Source: an uncultured bacterium (GTDB lineage Bacteria > Omnitrophota > Gorgyraeia > Duberdicusellales > CBEUCJ01). From it: DNA of 24,000 nucleotides. Below the pieces are notes generated by a model. That model made no database searches, was not told the origin of the DNA, and saw nothing but the letters and a program-made list of their open reading frames with translations. The stretch's first letter is position 1, and every line of letters begins with the position of its first letter. Of the stretch, positions 8,174 through 14,892 are shown in pieces. Where the stretch lies: positions 149,478 to 173,477 of the forward strand of contig CBEUCJ010000004.1 of the NCBI GenBank assembly GCA_965541615.1, written 5' to 3'. Both the position numbers and the translations under genes were made by a program.

Positions 8174-9471
8174 AAATCTTTCTTGCCTCTAAGTCTGAAA
8201 GGAGAAGGTCTTTACTTAAAAAAACCAAATTAAGATTTAAAGTCTTAGAACCAAAAGTAAAAGAGGAAAAAGAAGGTCTTCCTCAAAATGTAGTCATTTT
8301 GAATTCTTTTAAAAAAGCTATGTGGGCTGCAAAAAGAATAAAGGAAGGTTTAATTATTTCAGCAGATACCATAGTTTATTGTAATAAAAGAATTTTCACA
8401 AAACCTAAAAACAGACTACAAGCTTTCAAAGCTTTGAAAATTTTAACAGAGAATCCCCATGAGGTCTTTACAGGTTTGACTTTAATAAAAAAAGAGAAAA
8501 AAAATTTAAGAATTTTAACAGACTTTGAAAAGACAAAAGTTTATATGGACAAATTAAAAAATTCTCACTTAAAAGCTTATCTTAAAAAAGAAGATTTTAA
8601 AGCTTGGGCAGGAGGATTTAATGTGGAAGAAAAAGGAAGTTTATTTATAAAAAGAGTAGAGGGTTGTTTTTATAATGTTGTGGGTTTACCTTTAAATAAG
8701 CTTCGTAAGATGTTAGAGAAATTTTCAATAAATATTTTAATCATTTTGCTGGTATTGTGTTTAGGGTGTGTTGAATTTAACCCGGTTACTTTAAGAAAAG
8801 AAATAGTCTTTATTAGTGAAGAAAAAGAATTTCAAATCGGTCTGAATTTAGCTAAAGCAATAGAAAAACAATTTAAGATAATTAAAAACCCCACAGAATT
8901 AAAAAGACTAAATAGTATATTAAAAAGACTATCTAAAGTACAGGAAAGAAAAACTATGATTTTTTACATAGATATAATAGATAAGAAAGAAATAAATGCC
9001 TTTACAATACCAGGAGGTCACATTTATGTATTCAGTGGACTTTTAGATTTTGTAAAAGATGAAGATGAATTAGCCTATGTTTTAGCTCATGAGATAGCTC
9101 ATCAAGTAGCAAGACATCCAATTAAGAAACTTGAAAGCTTGTTAGGAATAAACATATTGCAAATATTGAGTTCTCGTATAGATTCTCCTGAGTTCGTCAG
9201 AGGTTTGGATTTAGCTTTAGCTTCTATTTTAAGCGCCTATTCTATAGAAGATGAGTTTTTAGCAGATTCTTTAGCGATTAAGTATTTAAAAAAAGCTGGT
9301 TTCAATCCTGAAAAGTCTATAAGTTTTTTAAAAAGATTACAAAAAGAAGAATCAAAAAAAATAAGGCCTCTTTCTTATTTTAGGACTCACCCTTACATTA
9401 CACAGAGGATTACAAACATTAAAAAAATATTAAAACTTCCTCTTTCTTTTGAAGATTTAGTAAATGAATAA
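8170..9471 (+). CDS. Single ORF combining a Maf-like nucleoside-triphosphate pyrophosphatase (aa 1-~185) with an M48-family Zn metalloprotease (aa ~200-433); an internal lipoprotein-type start is possible at 8710
   Basis: The Maf part shows LASKSERRRSLL, ISADTIV, FTKPK and VVGLPL. The in-frame sequence MLEKFSINILIILLVLCLG|C follows (ATG 8710-8712; lipobox Cys codon 8767-8769). The peptidase part has HEIAHQVARH (9088-9102) and EDEFLADSLAIKYLKKAGFNP. No stop codon lies between the two parts. Confidence 0.7.
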   Translation: MKIFLASKSERRRSLLKKTKLRFKVLEPKVKEEKEGLPQNVVILNSFKKAMWAAKRIKEGLIISADTIVYCNKRIFTKPKNRLQAFKALKILTENPHEVFTGLTLIKKEKKNLRILTDFEKTKVYMDKLKNSHLKAYLKKEDFKAWAGGFNVEEKGSLFIKRVEGCFYNVVGLPLNKLRKMLEKFSINILIILLVLCLGCVEFNPVTLRKEIVFISEEKEFQIGLNLAKAIEKQFKIIKNPTELKRLNSILKRLSKVQERKTMIFYIDIIDKKEINAFTIPGGHIYVFSGLLDFVKDEDELAYVLAHEIAHQVARHPIKKLESLLGINILQILSSRIDSPEFVRGLDLALASILSAYSIEDEFLADSLAIKYLKKAGFNPEKSISFLKRLQKEESKKIRPLSYFRTHPYITQRITNIKKILKLPLSFEDLVNE

Positions 9472-9485
9472 GATTAACACAACAT

Positions 9486-9569
9486 TGCCGGAGAGGGGAC
9501 TCGAACCCCCACCCTCATCTGAGGACGAGATCCTGAATCTCGCGCGTCTGCCAATTCCGCCACTCCGGC
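9486..9569 (-). tRNA. tRNA-Leu (anticodon CAG), class II with long variable arm; CCA not encoded
   Basis: The reverse complement is GCCGGAGTGGCGGAATTGGCAGACGCGCGAGATTCAGGATCTCGTCCTCAGATGAGGGTGGGGGTTCGAGTCCCCTCTCCGGCA. The acceptor stem is GCCGGAG/CTCCGGC, the anticodon loop is TTCAGGA, the T-loop is TTCGAGT, and the variable arm is about 14 nt. Confidence 0.9.
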
Positions 9570-9582
9570 TTTTACAGAATAA

Positions 9583-9633
9583 AATATATATTTTTAGAAC
9601 TAATTTGTCAAATTTGGATATCTCTAATAAAAT
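9583..9633. promoter_or_regulatory. Bidirectional sigma70-type promoter sharing one -35 palindrome (tRNA-Leu leftwards, AEC transporter-smpB rightwards)
   Basis: On the - strand, TTGACA (9611->9606), a 17-nt spacer and TATATT (9588->9583) precede the tRNA 5' end at 9569. On the + strand, TTGTCA (9605-9610), a 17-nt spacer and TAAAAT (9628-9633) precede the ATG at 9640. The core is TTTGTCAAA (9604-9612), identical to the core at 7595-7603. Confidence 0.55.
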
Positions 9634-9639
9634 TAAAGG

Positions 9640-10584
9640 ATGCTAAATACTTTAGAGATCTATTCAGCTATATTCAAAATTTTCTTGTTAGGATTTTTGG
9701 GAGCATTTTTTGTAAAAATAAGGTGGTTAAATAAAGATGCATTGGATTTTTTGACAAATTTTTTGGTTAAAGTAACAGTTCCTTCGTTGATATTTTCTGT
9801 ATTTATTAAAGAGTCTCAGATATTTAAGGTATACAATCTAAAAGTATTCTTATCTGTGAATATTTTGATAGCAGGTTTAGGACTTTTACTAGGAATAATA
9901 AGTCTCCCTTTTATAAAAAATAAGAATATTTACAGAGAGTATTTACTTTTAATTACATTTCAAAATTGTGGGTATTTGCCTATGAATCTTTCATTATTTT
10001 TATTTTCTCCTCAACTTCATTTAAAATTTTTAAGTTATGTTTTTATGTATCTTTTAGGATTTAATTTTTTAATGTGGTCTTTGGGAAGTTTTTTTATGAG
10101 TAGAGACAAATTTAATTTGAAACACCTCTTTAATATGCCTTTTTTAAGTGTTTTGTTTTCTTTTTTACTAATAAAGTCAAATCTTTATAAATTTATTCCT
10201 AAAACTATTTTAGAGGTAGCGAGTATTTTAGGAAAGATCACTTTCCCTTTATCTATGATCGTGTTAGGAGCTATTTTATTTAAAAGAGAAAAATTCCAAT
10301 TAGGAAATTTAAAAGCTTTGAGTATTTTATGTTTAACAAAGCTTTTAATCTTACCTTTAATAGTGTTTTTTATTTTAATATTCGTAAAAATAGATACATT
10401 TTTAAAATTGTTTATTTTTATTCAATCTATGATGCCTTCAGCAGTCTCTTTATCTATAATAGCTATGTGGCAAAAAGGAGCTGAAGATTTTGTAGCTGAA
10501 GGAATATTTTTAACTACTTTTTTAAGTATTTTAACTATTCCTTTTTGGTTGAATATCTTTAAAATATATGTTATAAATGGATAA
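9640..10584 (+). CDS. AEC (auxin efflux carrier) family membrane transporter
   Basis: The protein is 314 aa and very hydrophobic, with about 10 predicted TM segments in two halves. The N-terminus IFKIFLLGFLGAFFVKIRWLNKDALDFLTNFLVKVTVPSLIFS is typical of PF03547-type permeases. Confidence 0.7.
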   Translation: MLNTLEIYSAIFKIFLLGFLGAFFVKIRWLNKDALDFLTNFLVKVTVPSLIFSVFIKESQIFKVYNLKVFLSVNILIAGLGLLLGIISLPFIKNKNIYREYLLLITFQNCGYLPMNLSLFLFSPQLHLKFLSYVFMYLLGFNFLMWSLGSFFMSRDKFNLKHLFNMPFLSVLFSFLLIKSNLYKFIPKTILEVASILGKITFPLSMIVLGAILFKREKFQLGNLKALSILCLTKLLILPLIVFFILIFVKIDTFLKLFIFIQSMMPSAVSLSIIAMWQKGAEDFVAEGIFLTTFLSILTIPFWLNIFKIYVING

Positions 10585-11044
10585 GAGAATAGTAGCTCAA
10601 AATAAGAAAGCTTTAAGAGATTATCAGATCTTTGAAAAGTATGAAGCAGGAATAGTGTTAAAAGGATCTGAAGCAAAGTCTTTAAGAGAAGGTAAATGTA
10701 GTTTAGATGGGAGTTTTGTTCGTATTGAGAATGGGGAAGCTATAGCTTATAATATCCATATTCCTGAATTTGAAAAATCCTCTATATTTAAACATAACCC
10801 TAAGAGAGAAAAGAAACTTCTTTTAAAGAAGAAAGAGATAAAAAGATTGCTAGGTTTATTGACTCAAAAAGGATTTACTTTAATTCCACTTAAGTTATAT
10901 TTTAATGAAAGAGGATGGGCAAAATTAGAATTAGGACTGTGTAAAGGAAAGAAAAAATTTGAGAAGAAAAAGAAGATAAAAGAAAGAGAGATAGAAAAGC
11001 AAGCTCAAAAAGAAATTTCAAAATTTTGGAGAAGAAATTTTTAA
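10577..11044 (+). CDS. smpB: SsrA-binding protein SmpB
   Basis: The sequence IVAQNKKALRDYQIFEKYEAGIVLKGSEAKSLREGK...LIPLKLYFNERGWAKLELGLCKGKKKFEKK is present. The protein is 155 aa and lies directly upstream of the tmRNA. Confidence 0.9.
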   Translation: MDKRIVAQNKKALRDYQIFEKYEAGIVLKGSEAKSLREGKCSLDGSFVRIENGEAIAYNIHIPEFEKSSIFKHNPKREKKLLLKKKEIKRLLGLLTQKGFTLIPLKLYFNERGWAKLELGLCKGKKKFEKKKKIKEREIEKQAQKEISKFWRRNF

Positions 11045-11062
11045 AGCTCTTTTAAAATTGAT

Positions 11063-11441
11063 GGGGGTGAAGGGATTCGACTCAAGAAGAGGGTAAGGAG
11101 CTGCATGCAGGCGGGTTAGCCGGCCTTAACAGGCTAACAAAATATAACTGCCACACCTTACAGACTCTATGCTGGGTTTACACCCAGCATGGCACCTGCT
11201 TTAAATTAAAGCAGGGCTCTGAATACTCTGCGCCTCTCAGAGTATTCAGGGTAATTTAAAGAGGCTACCTTTAAGAGCAAAAGCCCCCTGGCTCTTAAAG
11301 GGAAGTTTAAAAGGGGGCTGCGAACCTCAGAATCCTGCCTGAGGGGAGTCTGAGGTTCAAAGAAAAAACCTCAGGCTAAGCATGTAGAGGCTCCTTATTC
11401 TCTTCTTGAGGACGCGGGTTCGATTCCCGCCACCTCCACCA
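11063..11441 (+). ncRNA. ssrA: tmRNA (ssrA), one-piece, CCA encoded
   Basis: The 5' GGGGGTG pairs with the 3' CACCTCC, including a G3:U wobble (alanine identity), followed by ACCA. The T-arm is GCGGGTTCGATTCCCGC. The long helix 2 pairs TCAAGAAGAG...GGAGC with GCTCCTTATTCTCTTCTTGA. Several GC-rich hairpins and pseudoknot motifs are visible. A stop codon lies in the hairpin CCTGCTTTA-AAT-TAAAGCAGG. The best-guess tag ORF is 11150-11209. Confidence 0.9.
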
Positions 11442-11452
11442 TTGTTTTTATT

Positions 11453-12025
11453 ATGAGGAAAATTGTATTTTTATTTGTTTTTGCAATTTCTTTATTCAGT
11501 CTTCAAAAAACCTTTGCAATTTCTTTAAAAGAAAAGAAATTAGAGGAGTGGGGATTTTTTGTAGGTAAAGGTAAAGCACATTTAAAAGAGAAATCTGATT
11601 ATAAGATAATTCCTATAGGGTTAAGAATAGGTTTTAAATTAGAGTCTTTATTACCAAAAAGTTTAGGTTCAAAGGTTTTATTAGAATTCGTAACAGAGCC
11701 TTTTGTTTCTCTAGTTTCTTCTCCAGATGTTAATTTTGAGATAGGAACAGGTCTCTTATTAAAATGTGGATATAAGTTTAAGAAAATAATTCCTTTCATA
11801 GAAACAGGCACTGGTTTCCAGTATACCACTCAACATACAAGAGAAGAGGCTACTCAATGGTGTTTCCAAGTCCAAGGAGGAGCAGGATTTTATTATTTTT
11901 TTGATGACAATAGAGCTGTAAACTTTGGATATAGGTATAGACATTTCTCCAATGCGAGTGTAAAACAACCCAACAAAGGAGTAGACGTCCATTCTTTCTA
12001 TATAGGTTTCTCAAGATTTTTTTAA
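11453..12025 (+). CDS. Small outer-membrane beta-barrel, PagL-like lipid A deacylase / acyloxyacyl hydrolase family
   Basis: The signal peptide MRKIVFLFVFAISLFSLQKTFA is present. The protein is 190 aa with alternating beta-strand patterning and a C-terminal ...FYIGFSRFF ending in aromatic residues. The HFSNAS motif (His-x-Ser-Asn) resembles the PagL catalytic pair. Confidence 0.55.
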   Translation: MRKIVFLFVFAISLFSLQKTFAISLKEKKLEEWGFFVGKGKAHLKEKSDYKIIPIGLRIGFKLESLLPKSLGSKVLLEFVTEPFVSLVSSPDVNFEIGTGLLLKCGYKFKKIIPFIETGTGFQYTTQHTREEATQWCFQVQGGAGFYYFFDDNRAVNFGYRYRHFSNASVKQPNKGVDVHSFYIGFSRFF

Positions 12026-12113
12026 TGAAAAGGAAAAAGCGATTTAAAATAAAATTAAAATACTCATTTTCTTACCATAATTTGTTGCTTTCATAGTGCC
12101 CCAATTTTAAGAG

Positions 12114-13547
12114 ATGAAAGTACTCGTAATTAATGAACCTTTTATAAAAAATTTTTGTCGTTGTCAACGATGGCCTGCTCGTACTCGAGGAAGAGCTTTA
12201 AGACCTCCAGATTGGTTAGCATATGTTACAGCTGTGTTAGAGAAAGAAGGAATAGATGTAGAACTTTATGATTTTGTTGCTGAAAGATGGGGGAAAGATA
12301 AGTTAAGGTATCTGGTTAAAGACAAAAGACCTGATTTTGTAATTTTAGATTCCACAACACCTTCTATTTATTCTGATATTAAATGTGCTCAAATTATAAA
12401 AGAAGTTTCATCTGCTAAAGTTATAATGGTAGGCACTCATATATCTGCTTTACCTGAAGAGACACTGCAATTAGCACAAGGAGCAGTAGATGTTGGTTGC
12501 ATTGGAGAATTTGATTATACTGTATTAGATGTGATAGAAAATTTTGATAATTTAGATAAGGTGAAAGGAATAGCTTACTGGAAGAATGGAAAGGTAGTAA
12601 AGACTCAGCCCCGTCCATTAATAGAAAATTTAGATGACCTTCCTTTTCCTGCATGGAGACATATCGATATTATGAAATATTTTGATGCGACAAGACTCTA
12701 TCCTTATATCGATATTATTGGAGGAAGAGGTTGTCCTTTCAAATGTATATTCTGTCAGTGGCCTCAGCTAATGTACGGTAATAAATATAGATTAAGGAGT
12801 CCAAAAAATATTGTAGATGAGATAGAGTACGATTTAAAGATATTTCCTCAACTTAAGAGAGGGGAATTCTTTTTTGAAGACGATACTTTTACAGTAAGTA
12901 AAGAAAGAGCTTTTTTAATTTGTGAAGAAATAAGGAGGAGAAATTTGAAAATCACTTGGTCAGCTAATGCTCGACCAGATATTTATGATGTTAAGTTATT
13001 TAAAGAAATGCGTAAAGCTGGTTGTAGAGAGCTTCTTGTGGGATTTGAGTCAGGAAGTCAAGATATTTTAAATAATATAAAAAAGGATTACCGAATAGAA
13101 GAAGCTTATAAATTTATGGAAGCGACTCGGAAAGCAGGTATTGAGGTGCATGGATGTTTTGTTTTAGGTTTACCTGGAGAAAATAAAGAGACTATAAGAA
13201 AAACTATAAATTTTGCTTTAAGCTTAGGAGTAAATACTTTACAATTCTCAGCAGCTCTCCCTCTTCCAGGGACAGAGTATTTTGAATGGTGTAAAAACAA
13301 AGGATTACTCAAATCTAAAGATTGGCGAGATTGGCTAAGAGGTAATGAGCAAGGAGCAGTTGTAGATTATGAGAATTTGACTATTCAGGAGATAAATAAA
13401 GCTGTAGATGAGGGACTTAAAAAATTCTATCTTAATCCTAAATTTATTTTTAAATTTATTTTTAAAAATAGAAATTGGAATGATTTATATCGTAAAATTA
13501 GAGGAGGATTAAATTTTTTGGAGTACCTTTTTAAAAAGTATATTTAA
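12114..13547 (+). CDS. B12-binding-domain radical SAM enzyme (class B), HpnJ-like; substrate unknown
   Basis: The N-terminal Rossmann-like B12 domain reads RPDFVILDSTTPS...VIMVGTHISALPEE. The CX3CX2C motif GGRGCPFKCIFCQWP lies at nt 12732-12755. EFFFEDDTFT, LLVGFESGSQDILNNIKK and HGCFVLGLPGENKETI are also present. There is no C-terminal SPASM-type Cys cluster. Confidence 0.85.
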   Translation: MKVLVINEPFIKNFCRCQRWPARTRGRALRPPDWLAYVTAVLEKEGIDVELYDFVAERWGKDKLRYLVKDKRPDFVILDSTTPSIYSDIKCAQIIKEVSSAKVIMVGTHISALPEETLQLAQGAVDVGCIGEFDYTVLDVIENFDNLDKVKGIAYWKNGKVVKTQPRPLIENLDDLPFPAWRHIDIMKYFDATRLYPYIDIIGGRGCPFKCIFCQWPQLMYGNKYRLRSPKNIVDEIEYDLKIFPQLKRGEFFFEDDTFTVSKERAFLICEEIRRRNLKITWSANARPDIYDVKLFKEMRKAGCRELLVGFESGSQDILNNIKKDYRIEEAYKFMEATRKAGIEVHGCFVLGLPGENKETIRKTINFALSLGVNTLQFSAALPLPGTEYFEWCKNKGLLKSKDWRDWLRGNEQGAVVDYENLTIQEINKAVDEGLKKFYLNPKFIFKFIFKNRNWNDLYRKIRGGLNFLEYLFKKYI

Positions 13548-13652
13548 TAATGAAAATTATCTCTTTAACAGCTCAAAAATTCTCCTCCAAAAACTAAATT
13601 ATAAGGTTCTGAATTTAAGGATTTTGTTAAAAAAGAGGTTATTCTTTTATCC

Positions 13653-13681
13653 TTGTATTCTTATAGGTAGTATTATATAAT
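13653..13681 (+). promoter_or_regulatory. sigma70-type promoter of the bcd-etfBA(-smc) unit
   Basis: TTGTAT (13653-13658), a 17-nt spacer and TATAAT (13676-13681) are present. A strong SD, AGGAGG (13721-13726), lies 5 nt before the ATG at 13732. Confidence 0.5.
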
Positions 13682-13731
13682 AATCAAAAAAATTCATAAA
13701 TTTTTTTCAAGAACAAATAAAGGAGGAGAAA

Positions 13732-14892
13732 ATGGGGCTTAACTATTTTTTGACTGAAGAACAACAAATGCTTAAAGAACTTACTCAAAAGATAGTGAAT
13801 GAAAAAATAAAACCTGTTGCTAGAGAATATGATGAATCTGGAGAGTTTCCCAGAGAGATTATTAAAGAATTAGCTAAAGCTGATCTTTTTAGAATATTTG
13901 TTCCTGAAGAGTATGATGGTTTGGGAAGCAAAGTTTTAGACTTATGTATTGTAGTTGAAGAGCTCTCAAAAGGGTGTGCAGGAATATCTGCTTCGTATGC
14001 GGCATGTGCTTTAGGGACCATTCCCATAATACTCTTTGGTTCAGAATCTCAAAAAAAGAAGTATTTACCTAAGATAGCTTCAGGAGAGTATCTGGTAGCT
14101 TTTGCTTTGACTGAACCTGAAGCAGGGAGTGATGCTTCAAATATTCAGACTCAAGCTAAAAAAGAAGGTGATTTTTATATTTTAAATGGAACTAAACACT
14201 TTATTACTAATGGAGGAGAAGCTGATATCTATGTAGTAATAGCTATGACAGATAAAACCAAAGGAGCAAGAGGAGCTTCAGCTTTTATCGTAGAGAAAAA
14301 TACTCCAGGTTTTAGTTTTGGTAAAAAGGAAGAAAAAATGGGAATAAGAGCTTCAGCAACAAGAGAGTTAATATTTCAAGATTGTAAGATTCCAAAGGAG
14401 AATTTGTTAGGAAGAGAAGGTTTAGGGTTTATTATTACTATGAAAACTTTTGATTATTCAAGACCTGGAGTAGGAGCTCAAGCTGTAGGTATTGCTCAAG
14501 GAGCTTTTGATATAGCTTTAGAATATGCTCATAAGAGAATTCAATTTTCAAAGCCAATCTCATCTTTTCAAGGAATCCAATGGATGTTAGCAGATATGGC
14601 TACAAAGATCGAAGCTGCCAGGAGCTTAGTTTACAATGTGGCAAGGTTTATAGATTCAGGTGCAAAGAATTTTACTAAAGAAGCTGCAATGGCAAAGTAT
14701 TATGCTTCTGAAGTCGCTATGGAAGTTACTACCAAGTGTGTTCAGATTTTAGGAGGATATGGCTACATGCGTGAATATGGAGTAGAAAAATTCATGAGAG
14801 ATGCCAAGATCACTCAAATTTATGAAGGCACAAATCAAATTCAATTGAACGAAATAGCTTCAGGTTTGATAAAAGAATTATTAAAGAAATGA
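13732..14892 (+). CDS. bcd: Short-chain acyl-CoA dehydrogenase (butyryl-CoA dehydrogenase-like)
   Basis: The protein is 386 aa and appears collinear with clostridial Bcd by recollection. Motifs include LTEEQQMLKE, AFALTEPEAGSDAS, FITNGG, GIRAS and the catalytic-Glu context AKITQIYEGTNQIQ. Confidence 0.8.
   Translation: MGLNYFLTEEQQMLKELTQKIVNEKIKPVAREYDESGEFPREIIKELAKADLFRIFVPEEYDGLGSKVLDLCIVVEELSKGCAGISASYAACALGTIPIILFGSESQKKKYLPKIASGEYLVAFALTEPEAGSDASNIQTQAKKEGDFYILNGTKHFITNGGEADIYVVIAMTDKTKGARGASAFIVEKNTPGFSFGKKEEKMGIRASATRELIFQDCKIPKENLLGREGLGFIITMKTFDYSRPGVGAQAVGIAQGAFDIALEYAHKRIQFSKPISSFQGIQWMLADMATKIEAARSLVYNVARFIDSGAKNFTKEAAMAKYYASEVAMEVTTKCVQILGGYGYMREYGVEKFMRDAKITQIYEGTNQIQLNEIASGLIKELLKK

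Noticed and set aside
9464-9646. 60-aa ORF (MNKINTTLPERGLEPPPSS...) between the M48 peptidase and the AEC transporter
   Set aside because: Its GC-rich core is the antisense of tRNA-Leu(CAG) (9486-9569), and the rest covers the bidirectional promoter. It has no SD and no protein-like features.
11026-11058. Possible dedicated tmRNA promoter in the smpB 3' end (TTGGAG ... TAAAAT)
   Set aside because: The spacer would be 21 nt, outside the functional range. ssrA is more simply explained as co-transcribed with smpB and then processed.
13550-13597. 15-codon sORF (MKIISLTAQKFSSKN) directly after the radical SAM gene, considered as a possible precursor peptide
   Set aside because: It has no SD, no Cys/Ser/Thr-rich core typical of radical SAM-modified peptides, and it overlaps the stop region of the upstream gene. 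Nothing distinguishes it from chance.
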